Of a stretch of DNA of 64,000 nucleotides, positions 10,921 to 20,864 are shown in pieces. The DNA comes from Clostridium sp. Lineage in GTDB: Bacteria; Bacillota; Clostridia; Clostridiales; Clostridiaceae. The position numbers were made by a program, and so were the translations under genes. Position 1 is the stretch's first letter. Each line of letters begins with the position of its first letter. The notes under the pieces are model-generated. The model made no database searches, was not told the DNA's origin, and saw nothing but the letters and a program-made list of their open reading frames with translations. Location: positions 2,714 through 66,713 of the forward strand of contig NZ_JAJFUC010000089.1 of NCBI RefSeq assembly GCF_021372645.1, read 5' to 3'.

Positions 10921-12369
10921 TTAACATTTTTCTATAGCTATAACTTTATAGTCTTTTAAATTATCCTTCTGTCCTTGAAATATAAGTGGTTCGATTTTGT
11001 AGCCTTCTATCCCATCTACATAGTTTAAGTATATTTCTTTATCTAAAGCTTCTATCTCTTTTATAAAATCGAAAATATCTTCTTTGATTCTATCCTTATA
11101 AACACTATCTATTTGTATATGGAAACAATTTATTGAGTTTTCTTCTTGCATTCTTATTATTTCATTTTTTATAAGACCTTCAATATATGATAATTTTAAG
11201 AGTATTCCTTTCCCTTTGCATATAATACATTCTTCTTCCATGTACTCATATATGCTCTTCCCTTGCCTTTTTCTAGAAATTTGAACTAAATCTAACTGAG
11301 TGAATGGAAATATTTTTACGTTACCTTTATCTAATTTCAAGCTTTCTTTTAGAGCATCCATTACAATCTCTTTTTGACTCTTATCTCTCATATCAATAAA
11401 ATCTATAACTATAATCCCACTTAAATTTCTAAGCCTTATTTGTTTTCCTATTTCTTTGGCTGCTTCTAAATTAGTTTCTAAAATGGTTTTATCGAAACTC
11501 TTTTCTTTTATATTTTTCCCACTATTAACATCAACAACATACATTGCTTCTGTTTTATCTATTACTATGTAACCACCACATGGCAAATTAACTTTATTAT
11601 GTCTTAGTTTTAATAATTCTTTTTCCAATCCATAAAAATCAAAAAGGCCTCTATAACCTTCATATTTTTCTAATTTAAAGTTCTCTTCACCTTTGATAAA
11701 GTGAGATATTTTTTCAAAATCCATGTCATTGTTCACATAAACTTTTGTAACTTCTTCTCCAATAGAATTTATTAAAAGCTTAGATAAACTTAAATCTTCA
11801 CCATAAAGTTTTTTCAAACCTAATGAATATCTCATCTTTTTGTCTATATTTTCAAACTCACCATAAAGTTTATTTATTTCATTTTTAAGAATTTCTAAAC
11901 TTACATTAGCGCCTTCTGTTCTTATTGTGATGCACACATCTTTTAGGGGTTCAACATTCTCTAAAATTTCTTTTTTCTTTTCTTTATTCTCTATTCTTTT
12001 AGAAAATTCTATTCCTTCCTTATAACAATTTAAGACAATATATTTCCCAGGAATTGAAACTTTAGAAGTCAATTTAGCACCCTTATCATTAAGAGGCTCT
12101 TTTATAACTTCCACTAATATTTCCTCACCCTTTTTTATGCCTTTTGCCTTAAGTTCATCGCTGTAATACATATACCCTTCTTTATCTAATCCTAGCTCAA
12201 CAAATATGGAATTTATAGCTGGAAGAATATTTTTAATTCTTCCTTTATAAATTTCTCCTGTTATAGGTTCATTTTTCTTTTCTTCTACAATACTTTCTAT
12301 TAATTCATTATTAGATTTAACAGCTATCCTTAAAAGCTTTTCTCTTCTCTCAATAAAAATCTCTTTCAT
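10921..12369 (-). CDS. rng: RNase E/G family endoribonuclease
   Basis: S1 domain (GEIYKGRIKNI), EAMYVVDVNSGK, LRNLSGIIVIDFIDM, CxxC of the Zn link. Start placed at ATG 12369 with SD GAGGTG at 12377-12382. Confidence 0.93.
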   Translation of the reverse strand: MKEIFIERREKLLRIAVKSNNELIESIVEEKKNEPITGEIYKGRIKNILPAINSIFVELGLDKEGYMYYSDELKAKGIKKGEEILVEVIKEPLNDKGAKLTSKVSIPGKYIVLNCYKEGIEFSKRIENKEKKKEILENVEPLKDVCITIRTEGANVSLEILKNEINKLYGEFENIDKKMRYSLGLKKLYGEDLSLSKLLINSIGEEVTKVYVNNDMDFEKISHFIKGEENFKLEKYEGYRGLFDFYGLEKELLKLRHNKVNLPCGGYIVIDKTEAMYVVDVNSGKNIKEKSFDKTILETNLEAAKEIGKQIRLRNLSGIIVIDFIDMRDKSQKEIVMDALKESLKLDKGNVKIFPFTQLDLVQISRKRQGKSIYEYMEEECIICKGKGILLKLSYIEGLIKNEIIRMQEENSINCFHIQIDSVYKDRIKEDIFDFIKEIEALDKEIYLNYVDGIEGYKIEPLIFQGQKDNLKDYKVIAIEKC

Positions 12370-12385
12370 ATCAACACACCTCATT

Positions 12386-12529
12386 CAATTGACAATTAAC
12401 GCTGAAATTACTCCGTAACTTCTCTAATTAATCTGAATTTATCTATTATTTCTACTAAATCTCTAAAAGAGATTTACATAAAATATAATTTTGAAAAAAC
12501 ATTGTTTTTTCTTCATTAATTGTCAATTG
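12386..12529. mobile_element. MITE-like 144-bp element with perfect 14-bp terminal inverted repeats
   Basis: CAATTGACAATTAA (12386-12399) / TTAATTGTCAATTG (12516-12529), flanked by TCATT and TCATA (near target duplication). Three internal hairpins; no ORF. Confidence 0.65.
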
Positions 12530-13231
12530 TCATATACACTTATATAGTGGCACAAGTTTTTCGTTAATGTAAAAATACATTTCTTCTCTTTTTATATTAA
12601 CGAAGGCATCTAAGAGTACATTTGAAGTTTTTTCTTGAATATAGCTAACTAGTAAATCTGCACTTAAATGTTCTCTGCTTCCTGTACTTATTAATACATT
12701 AAGTATCAAAAATTCATCCTTAATCCAAAAGTTAAATTCCTTAATTAAAGTTTTTAAATTAACTTCTCTCTCACCTTTTTTACTTTTCTTTATAGTAGTC
12801 CAAGCATCAGCTTCTAAAAGATTAGTCATTTCTTCTTCTAATTCCGAAACATCAAAATATTTCATTTTTATTGTATATCTCGCTGCATCAATCAATGCCA
12901 TAGCTTGAGGAACTTTTTTGTCGCCTGGAGTATAAGGAATTGCAAGTGCACTTATGTATTTTATCCCACTTGGGGCAGTTGCATTCAATTTATCCACAAT
13001 TTCTTGTTCATTCATCTCAGTTGTTAACACCATATCCATATATTCACCATTTGAACATACTCCAACAGATAAAGGTTGTGCTATTGATGTATTCATATGT
13101 GGATTAAATCCTTGTGAAAATTCTACTGGAAGTCCTGCTCTTCTAATATTTTTTTGAATAGTTTTAAGTACATCTAAATGAGATATGAACTTAATATTTT
13201 CTTCTTTTGTAAATTTAGTTAAGTATCGCAC
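12530..13231 (-). CDS. Radical SAM-linked protein (TIGR03936/DUF2344 type)
   Basis: KFISHLD...GFNPH...S.AQPLSVG motif. Start placed at GTG 13231, overlapping the upstream stop, with GGGGAG upstream. Confidence 0.88.
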   Translation of the reverse strand: MRYLTKFTKEENIKFISHLDVLKTIQKNIRRAGLPVEFSQGFNPHMNTSIAQPLSVGVCSNGEYMDMVLTTEMNEQEIVDKLNATAPSGIKYISALAIPYTPGDKKVPQAMALIDAARYTIKMKYFDVSELEEEMTNLLEADAWTTIKKSKKGEREVNLKTLIKEFNFWIKDEFLILNVLISTGSREHLSADLLVSYIQEKTSNVLLDAFVNIKREEMYFYINEKLVPLYKCI

Positions 13232-15071
13232 CTTCAAAACACTCCCCATCTTTAAAGTTTGCATTAATCCCACATCCTGTACATCCTTTTCTACAGTTTT
13301 GAGTTAATTCTGCTTTCTTTGCTTTTTCGCTTTCTACTTCTAAATATTTTCTATTTACTCCAATATCAATGAAATCCCATGGTAATACTTCATCATAAGT
13401 TCTTTCTCTATATGCATAAAAATCTACATCTAAATTGCATTCTTCCATAGATTCCATCCATATTCTATAGTTAAAATATTGACCCCATCCATCAAATTTA
13501 GCCCCTTTTTCAAATGCCTTAATTAAAACATCACATAATCTTCTGTCACCTCTTGCAAACACAGATTCCATAATAGATGTCTTTTGTTCATGGTAATTAT
13601 AAACTATACATTTTGATTTAATTGCACCCTTAACAGCATTAATCTTTTCATTTACATCTTGAAGTCTTGCCATAGGAGCCCATTGGAATGGTGTAAATGG
13701 CTTAGGGATAAGTATTGATGTACTTACTGTAAGTCTCAACCCCTTGTAATCACCTTTTTTCTTAGGAACTGCTTTATATTCATCAACAATTTTTTCTGCG
13801 AGTTCTCCGATTCCTATACAATCTTCAAGTTCTTCATAAGGAAGCCCAACCATAAAGTAAAGCTTAAGAGTCTTCCAGCCTGCTTCAAAAGCATCTCTAG
13901 CTGCATCTAAAATTTTATCTTCTGTAAGTCCCTTATTTATTATATCTCTCATTCTTTGAGATCCTGCTTCTGGCGCAAAAGTTAATCCACTCTTTCTTAC
14001 CTTTTGTATATCCTTAAGTAAATCAACTGAAAAAGCATCAACTCTAATTGAAGGAAGCGCAATTCCAACTCTATTTTCTTCATGTTCTTCCATTAAATCT
14101 GTAATTAATCCCTTTATATCAGAATAATCACATGTGCTTAATGAAGAAAGAGAAATTTCTTCATATCCTGTATTCTTAACTAATTCTCTAGCTAACTCTA
14201 CAAGATCTTCTTTTTTCTTCTCTCTAACTGGCCTATAAAGCATTCCAGCTTGACAAAATCTACATCCATTTGTGCATCCTCTAAATACTTCTAAAACTAT
14301 TCTGTCATGAACAATTTCTGAATAAGGAACTATAATATTTGTTGGAAAATCAACCTTTGTATAGTTATTTATGATTCTCTTTTTAATAGTTTTAGGAACA
14401 TCATCATACTTTGGTTTAAATTCTTTTATGGTATTATCTTCATTATAAATAACATCATATAATGAAGGTACATATATTCCTTGAATCTTAGATATTTCTC
14501 TTAAGAATTCTTTCTTTTTTCCTTTTCCTTTATACTTTTTATAAACATCCAAAACATCATTCATCATTTCTTCGCCTTCACCAATTTCAAAGAAATCAAC
14601 TATATCATATAGTGGCTCTGGATTATATGCACAAGGACCTCCTGCCATAACTATAGGTTCATCTTCGCCTCTTTCAGATGCTCTTATAGTAATATCAGAC
14701 ATATCTAACATATTTAAAATATTTGTAAAACTCATTTCATATTGAAGAGTAAAGCCTAAAATATGAAATTCCTTTAAAGAATCTTTAGTCTCCAACGTGA
14801 ATAATGGAATATCATTCTTTCTAAGTTGCACTTCCATATCTGGCCATGGTGCAAATGCTCTTTCGCAATATGTATCTTGTCTTGCATTTAAAGTATGATA
14901 AAGAATTCTACTTCCTAAATGAGACATACCAACTTCATAAACATCAGGAAAACAAAATGCAAATCTTATGTCAACTTCACTAAGACTCTTAACAATTTCA
15001 TTTAATTCCCCACCAGTATATCTACTTGGTTTTTCAACCTTATATAAAATATCATCTGAAATTTTATTCAT
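13215..15071 (-). CDS. B12-binding-domain radical SAM protein (TIGR03960 type)
   Basis: VEKPSRYTGGE, FPDVYEVGMSHLG, CxxxCxxC (CTNGCRFC), LPWDFID and C-terminal CRKGCTGCG. Confidence 0.92.
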   Translation of the reverse strand: MNKISDDILYKVEKPSRYTGGELNEIVKSLSEVDIRFAFCFPDVYEVGMSHLGSRILYHTLNARQDTYCERAFAPWPDMEVQLRKNDIPLFTLETKDSLKEFHILGFTLQYEMSFTNILNMLDMSDITIRASERGEDEPIVMAGGPCAYNPEPLYDIVDFFEIGEGEEMMNDVLDVYKKYKGKGKKKEFLREISKIQGIYVPSLYDVIYNEDNTIKEFKPKYDDVPKTIKKRIINNYTKVDFPTNIIVPYSEIVHDRIVLEVFRGCTNGCRFCQAGMLYRPVREKKKEDLVELARELVKNTGYEEISLSSLSTCDYSDIKGLITDLMEEHEENRVGIALPSIRVDAFSVDLLKDIQKVRKSGLTFAPEAGSQRMRDIINKGLTEDKILDAARDAFEAGWKTLKLYFMVGLPYEELEDCIGIGELAEKIVDEYKAVPKKKGDYKGLRLTVSTSILIPKPFTPFQWAPMARLQDVNEKINAVKGAIKSKCIVYNYHEQKTSIMESVFARGDRRLCDVLIKAFEKGAKFDGWGQYFNYRIWMESMEECNLDVDFYAYRERTYDEVLPWDFIDIGVNRKYLEVESEKAKKAELTQNCRKGCTGCGINANFKDGECFEGAILN

Positions 15072-15414
15072 TAATATATTTCCTCCTTAAAAGCACATTT
15101 CTTATGTGCTAATCTCTACCTAAACATTTTTCTTTAAATTTGGATAAAATTTAAAGAAATTAAATTGTTAATAATTTACTAAATACAAAAATAATAGAAG
15201 GGCTCATTATCCTAATTAAAGAATAACTATACCTTCTATTGTTTTCTCATTTATATTATAGCAAATTTTTATTTTAACGTCTATTATTCTTAATTAAATT
15301 ATACGCAATTGCGGCCACTTCAGCATTACTTGCAATATATAATGCAAATAATAATCATATTGCACAGATCTTAATCTCTTTAAATCTTTTATCTAAATTT
15401 AGATTTTGCTAATA

Positions 15415-16290
15415 TTAAGTATATTTATCGCCTTTATTATCTATTTCTCGTATTTGCATATATTCCTCCAATGTCATATTTCCATAATACTTCAATGCTT
15501 TTAAAAGTTCATCCTCATGAATTATTCCAATGAGATCCATATCATCATTAAGAACATAAAAACTATTAAATTTATTTTTGTCAACCAAGGTTAATACATT
15601 AACTAAACCCTTTTTATAATACACAGAAATAGCTTTATTTTCTATGTATTTATATTTTTTTAACTTTCTTACCTTCCTAATCATATCTCCCATTATTATA
15701 TACATAATTTTTTCTCTTTCTAAAATTGTTGTATATGTGATTAATACGACTGCAAGAAATAAACTTATGTTTACTTTATGTAATAATAGCATTATACTAA
15801 ATACTAATAATAGTGTTCCTGAAATAATAAAACTAAATATTTCTGTTATTTTCTTTGCTTTTTTATATAAAAATCTTTTTGATAATAATATTTCACATAC
15901 CCTTGAGCCATCTAATGGATATGCAGGGATTAAATTAAATATACCTAAACATAAATTAATGCTTACACTACTTTCAATAAATTCCCATCTAAAATAATCA
16001 TAAAAAATACATATAACCCCAGCCATAAAAAGATTAAATAATGGTCCAGCTAAATATAAAATTAATTTCTTTCCTTCAGTTAATTCATCAATATCACTTA
16101 ATTCAGCTTTAGCTCCTAATATACTAATATTAAAATTATTAAATTTGCACTCAAATTTACTTGCAACTATTATATGTGCAAATTCATGTAGTATTACCCA
16201 TAGAAAACTAATAACAACATAGCTTTTAAAATCTCCAAGCCACATCAATATTGATAATTCTACAATCAATACTATATACCACTTTTTCAT
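15415..16290 (-). CDS. spoIVFB: SpoIVFB-like M50 intramembrane metalloprotease with C-terminal CBS-like domain
   Basis: HEFAH (HExxH), AGPLFN, FNLIPAYPLDG. Position between the min/rodA block and rplU as in Firmicutes. Confidence 0.85.
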   Translation of the reverse strand: MKKWYIVLIVELSILMWLGDFKSYVVISFLWVILHEFAHIIVASKFECKFNNFNISILGAKAELSDIDELTEGKKLILYLAGPLFNLFMAGVICIFYDYFRWEFIESSVSINLCLGIFNLIPAYPLDGSRVCEILLSKRFLYKKAKKITEIFSFIISGTLLLVFSIMLLLHKVNISLFLAVVLITYTTILEREKIMYIIMGDMIRKVRKLKKYKYIENKAISVYYKKGLVNVLTLVDKNKFNSFYVLNDDMDLIGIIHEDELLKALKYYGNMTLEEYMQIREIDNKGDKYT

Positions 16291-16375
16291 TTCCGACTCC
16301 TATAATATTGCTATTCCAAGAAAATTTGCAATGTATAAGTTATAAACTAATTCTTAGCTTCAAATGGAGTTTGCT

Positions 16376-16846
16376 TTATTGTAAATTATTATTGCTTTTT
16401 AAATATTCCATAAAATTCGATGCTTTTATCTTTAAATTATCTATTTTCAAATCTTCCGTAGTAAAATTACCTATCTTTAAATCTTTTCCTTGTATGTTTC
16501 CTATTTGAATTGTATTAAATGCATCTATAGACTCATTATAATTAAAATTCTGTTCTAATGTTTCCTTACATTTACTATGCATTTCTTTGACTTGAGTTGA
16601 TGGAATATATTTTAATCCAACAAAAAATAATAATAAAACTGTAGCTCCTGTTAGTTCTCTAATTATTCTTTTAATAACAATATTTATCATGGTATCATTA
16701 TCTTTTATATTAATCCCATATTTTGAGCTAATAGAATTATCAGCTTTTTTACCTAGCTTAAAATATTTATTGTTATCTTTCTTTCCATTAGCTGTATTAT
16801 TTATGTTCTTATAATAATTTTCATAAGCTGACCTATAGCTACTCAT
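16376..16846 (-). CDS. Single-TM protein in the spoIVFA position, lacking an M23/LytM domain
   Basis: Start placed at ATG 16846 with SD AAGGAG; one TM segment (LTGATVLLLFFVGL); 156 aa, directly upstream of spoIVFB. Confidence 0.65.
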   Translation of the reverse strand: MSSYRSAYENYYKNINNTANGKKDNNKYFKLGKKADNSISSKYGINIKDNDTMINIVIKRIIRELTGATVLLLFFVGLKYIPSTQVKEMHSKCKETLEQNFNYNESIDAFNTIQIGNIQGKDLKIGNFTTEDLKIDNLKIKASNFMEYLKSNNNLQ

Positions 16847-17032
16847 AATACACTCCTTTAAATTCATTATCATTAAATTATATTAAATAACAAATAAAAT
16901 TATGAGAATAAAATAGAAACAAAAATAATAATTACGAAGAAAACTCTAGAAATTATATTTGGGAGTTTTTTATAATCTTACGTATAAATCATCAATTCTA
17001 TTTTTATTAAGGCATATAAATTCCTTAATATT

Positions 17033-18166
17033 TTAAAAATATATCTTCTTCCTTCTCATTCCTACATTTATCACTAATCCTACTGAAATTACTGTTGTAA
17101 GTAGTGAACTCCCTCCATAACTTATGAGTGGCAATGTTATTCCTGTAATTGGCAGTAACCCTATTGTCATTCCTATATTTTGAAGTATAGCAAACAAGAA
17201 ATATGAAACTATTCCAACACATATAACTGACCCGAATATATCTTTTGAAGTTCGCGCTATTGAAATCATTTTATAAATTAAAAATCCATATAAAGTTAAT
17301 AATACAATAGCTCCTAAAAAACCCCACTGATCCGCTATTGCAGAAAAAATAAAATCTGTTCGGACTTCTGGCACATTTTGTGCTGAATAACTAGAACTCC
17401 CATCATTGCTTAAAGACGGCCTACTTCCAAGTATACCTCCTGAACCTATTCCAATTAAAGATTGTGTTAAATGATATCCTGTTTTAGCATCATCGGCTGC
17501 TGGGTTTAAAAATCCTGTAAATCTTGCCTTTTGATATGATTCTATCAATCCCGAATTCCAAACTATTACTATTGCAAGAATTAATGACATTAATCCTCCA
17601 CCAATAATTTTAATATCTAAACCTATTGCATAGAAAATTCCAAGAACTATGAAAAAGCAAACCATACTCATTCCCATATCAGGTTGTGTAATAATAAATA
17701 CAACTGGTACCGCCGCATAAAAACCTAAAATAAAAAAGTTCTTAATTTCATTTATTTTACCTTCCATGTCATCTAGCTTTTTAGCGAGCATAAGTATAAT
17801 TCCAATCTTAGCAAATTCTGATGGTTGAATTTGACCTATTCCAATATTAATCCATCCCCTAGCACCATTGACAACAACTCCGATTCCTGGAATCTTAGTT
17901 AATATAAGAAGAATTACCACGCTCCAATAAAAAATAGGTACATAATTAAATATTATTGTATAGTCAACTGCTATAAATATATACAATGCTAACATAGATA
18001 CTACAAACCAAAAGGCTTGCTTTTCAACATAAGACAAACCGTATTCTCCTTTTGTACATAAATATATATTTAATGTCCCATATAAAATTAAAAGAATTAA
18101 AGAAATTACTATAGTTTTATCAATTTCTTTAATCAATCTCATATCTAATTTAAAACTTTTAAACAA
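17033..18166 (-). CDS. rodA: SEDS peptidoglycan glycosyltransferase RodA
   Basis: GARGWI, IQPSEFAKI, QPDMG, PEVRTDFIF, GITLPLISYGGSS; TTG start with GGAGGTG. Confidence 0.94.
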   Translation of the reverse strand: MFKSFKLDMRLIKEIDKTIVISLILLILYGTLNIYLCTKGEYGLSYVEKQAFWFVVSMLALYIFIAVDYTIIFNYVPIFYWSVVILLILTKIPGIGVVVNGARGWINIGIGQIQPSEFAKIGIILMLAKKLDDMEGKINEIKNFFILGFYAAVPVVFIITQPDMGMSMVCFFIVLGIFYAIGLDIKIIGGGLMSLILAIVIVWNSGLIESYQKARFTGFLNPAADDAKTGYHLTQSLIGIGSGGILGSRPSLSNDGSSSYSAQNVPEVRTDFIFSAIADQWGFLGAIVLLTLYGFLIYKMISIARTSKDIFGSVICVGIVSYFLFAILQNIGMTIGLLPITGITLPLISYGGSSLLTTVISVGLVINVGMRRKKIYF

Positions 18167-18537
18167 TACTTCACCTCCTGCTTAAGTATACATACCTTTA
18201 ATAAAATGTATATATACTCAATTACTTTTAATTATACATTATTATTACTTCATTCTCTATAATAATTATGTTCATCTGATAAAACATAATAATTTTGTAA
18301 TAATTCAAACAAATTTTTTATAACTTTCATTATTTATCCTAATTGTTTCAACTCCCTTCTGGAAAAAGTGATAATCCAAAAGTAAGCATTAAAATTTTAT
18401 ATTTGGAACCTCAAACTTTTCATCTGTGAACTTGTTTCTTAATTACCCATAATGTACCCTGAAAGGCATGAATTGTGCATTGTTAACATTATATATCTCT
18501 CTAAAAAAACACAAAAATATAAGAAATATTACGTGAT

Positions 18538-18559
18538 AGAAACTAATCTTATAGTTTCT
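18538..18559 (-). terminator. Possible terminator downstream of minCDE and the repeat array
   Basis: AGAAACTA-N6-TAGTTTCT inverted repeat. Confidence 0.4.
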
Positions 18560-18585
18560 TAAAACAAATATCTCTTATATCCTAA

Positions 18586-18738
18586 GTTCTTGGTTGTGCT
18601 TCGCACTTTTTTATATAGGTGAAATGCTCTTAGTTGTGCTTCGCACTTTTTTTATAGGTGAAATGTTCTTGGTTGTGCTTCGCACTTTTTTTATAGGTGA
18701 AATGTTCTTGGTTGTGCTTCGCACTTTTTTTATAGGTG
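18586..18738. repeat. Tandem array of four 39-40 bp units, each with a GTGC-TTC-GCAC hairpin
   Basis: Units at 18586-18625, 18626-18664, 18665-18703 and 18704-18738 (partial). Consensus GTTCTTGGTTGTGCTTCGCACTTTTTTTATAGGTGAAAT; no spacers. Confidence 0.95.
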
Positions 18739-18766
18739 CATAAATTATTTCAAACAATCTCTTGTC

Positions 18767-19036
18767 TTATCTTCCTCTTATATTTTTAATTGGAATATTT
18801 GCTATTAATGCAGAAGCATTTTCCCCTTCTTCATCGCCACTTCTATTTACAGATATTTCAACATCGTCTACTTGTATATCAATATACTTAGAAATTACTT
18901 GTAATATTTCTTCTCTTATTTTATCTATAATATCTGGAGCGATTTCCCCTCTATCATGTATAAGAATCAATTTCAATCTATCTTTTGCAACTTCTTTAGG
19001 CGTTGGTTTGTTACTTAAATTTTTAAAAAAACCCAT
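18767..19036 (-). CDS. minE: Cell division topological specificity factor MinE
   Basis: AKDRLKLILIHDR ... LIANIPI. Confidence 0.96.
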   Translation of the reverse strand: MGFFKNLSNKPTPKEVAKDRLKLILIHDRGEIAPDIIDKIREEILQVISKYIDIQVDDVEISVNRSGDEEGENASALIANIPIKNIRGR

Positions 19037-19051
19037 TTTTCTCTTCCTCCC

Positions 19052-19852
19052 TTAATTACGCTTAAATAGCTTTTTTAAGGAGCCAAAAAATCCTTGATGA
19101 TCTTCTATATGTAAATTCATAAGTGGAACTTCTTCTCCTGTAATTCTTCTTGCAATATTTTTAAATGCTTGTCCAGCGAACGACCTTTCTTCTAATACAA
19201 TAGGTTCTCCTTTGTTTGTTGAAATTGTTATATTCTTATCATCAGGGACAACTCCTAATAATTCTATTGAAAGAGTTTCTATAATATCAGCCACATCAAG
19301 CATATCACCATTTTTAGTCATTTCATAATTTAATTTGTTTATAATTACTGAATGATCCTCTAATCCCTTTGAATCAAGTTTTCCAATAACTCTATCTGCA
19401 TCTCTAACAGATGTAATTTCAGGATTTACAACTACAATTGCTCTTTCTGCACCTATAACTGCATTTTCAAATCCTTGCTCAATACCTGCTGGCGAATCTA
19501 TTAATACATAATCAAATTCTTCTTTTAATTCATTCACTATTTTTAGCATATCTTGCGCACTTATATCATCTTTGTCTTTTGTTTGCGCAGTAGGTAACAA
19601 GCATAGATTTGGAAGCCTTTTATCTTTTATAAGTCCTTGCTTTAATCTACACCTTCCTTCTATAACATCTATTATTGTATATACTATTCTATTTTCTAAT
19701 CCTAGTAATACGTCTAAATTTCTAAGTCCTGTATCACCATCTATAACAACTACTTTCTTTCCAATTGATGCTAAAGCAGTTCCTATATTAGCTGTGGTTG
19801 TTGTTTTCCCAACCCCACCTTTACCTGAAGTTATTACAATAGATACTCCCAT
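19052..19852 (-). CDS. minD: Septum site-determining ATPase MinD
   Basis: SGKGGVGKTT, DTGLRNLD, DSPAGIEQGF, C-terminal amphipathic helix. Confidence 0.98.
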   Translation of the reverse strand: MGVSIVITSGKGGVGKTTTTANIGTALASIGKKVVVIDGDTGLRNLDVLLGLENRIVYTIIDVIEGRCRLKQGLIKDKRLPNLCLLPTAQTKDKDDISAQDMLKIVNELKEEFDYVLIDSPAGIEQGFENAVIGAERAIVVVNPEITSVRDADRVIGKLDSKGLEDHSVIINKLNYEMTKNGDMLDVADIIETLSIELLGVVPDDKNITISTNKGEPIVLEERSFAGQAFKNIARRITGEEVPLMNLHIEDHQGFFGSLKKLFKRN

Positions 19853-19872
19853 TTACAAAATCCTCCGATATT

Positions 19873-20532
19873 CTAATATATATATTTGTTTGGTAAATAT
19901 GGTTCAACTATTATTGACCCATCCTTAATCCTTGCTAGTTCTGGATAACTTGGTTTTTCAACATCATCTGGAGACATTGCTATGACATCTGCAATTTTTA
20001 AAATTTCTGGTTGCAATAAAAATGCAGCGATTACTGCCTTTGTATTTCCATTTGTTCCTGCACTTACTTTACCTTTTATAGCCCCTAAAACAATTACATT
20101 TCCGGCTGCATAGATTTCTGATCCACTATTTATATCACCAATTATAACTATATTACCTTGGTAACTTATAGATTGTCCCCCTCTAATTGTTTTTCTTATA
20201 AATTTAGTTTTTCCTTCATATACACCAGAAAATATTCTAGTCTCTTTTTCATTTACTTGTTCAATTTCTTTTTCAATATCTTCCAAAACAATATCCTTTA
20301 TTTCTATTTTAGTTAATAACACTTCCTTAAGGATTCCAAGTTCTTTCTTATTAATCAATTTTAAATCTATTTTCAAAATTAACGTTGTTCCTTTATAAAA
20401 ATGCTTTCCTTTAGAAAGTTTTTTTATTAACATTTCAAGCATCTCTTCAAAACAAGTAAATCTATTCATCTGAATAGTTGTATTTATTCCATCTTTATTC
20501 CCTTTTATTAAAATACCATCATTATTATACAT
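19873..20532 (-). CDS. minC: Septum site-determining protein MinC
   Basis: TIRGGQ, GDINSGSEIYAAGNVIVLGAIKG motifs. Confidence 0.95.
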   Translation of the reverse strand: MYNNDGILIKGNKDGINTTIQMNRFTCFEEMLEMLIKKLSKGKHFYKGTTLILKIDLKLINKKELGILKEVLLTKIEIKDIVLEDIEKEIEQVNEKETRIFSGVYEGKTKFIRKTIRGGQSISYQGNIVIIGDINSGSEIYAAGNVIVLGAIKGKVSAGTNGNTKAVIAAFLLQPEILKIADVIAMSPDDVEKPSYPELARIKDGSIIVEPYLPNKYIY

Positions 20533-20737
20533 TCATTCCCTCCAATGAATTTGCAGGTTAAAATATTTAAATTCTTTTCAAATGACAACCTCTCTACGAT
20601 TATATCATTATAACAACTATTTTTGTATATATCTTTCAATATTTTCAATTAATTTTTACTAAAACATAATATAGATTTAGCTCAAGCATGTAATTTGAGC
20701 TTAAAAGTTTTAATTTAGGTATATGAAAAAAATATCC

Positions 20738-20774
20738 CTATAGGTATACAACTTTGGTTCTTGTATACCTATAG
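20738..20774 (-). terminator. Probable terminator after the PBP2 gene
   Basis: Perfect 14-bp inverted repeat CTATAGGTATACAA / TTGTATACCTATAG. Confidence 0.7.
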
Positions 20775-20864
20775 AAATATTTATAATAATTGTTTTTATT
20801 ATTGTTAATTTTCCTTATCTATTTGTATTGTTATTTACCTTTACGTTCTGTGTATTAATAGTAC

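Noticed and set aside
15275-15400. Protein-like fragment (LLFALYIASNAEVAAIAYNLIK) and CGCAATTGCG palindrome after spoIVFB, faintly like a transposase C-terminus
   Set aside because: Only about 26 codons after an in-frame stop, no start, no IS ends; too weak without a tBLASTn/HMM search.
18586-18738. CRISPR array interpretation of the 39-40 bp repeats
   Set aside because: Units are head-to-tail with no unique spacers, and no cas genes are in the window.
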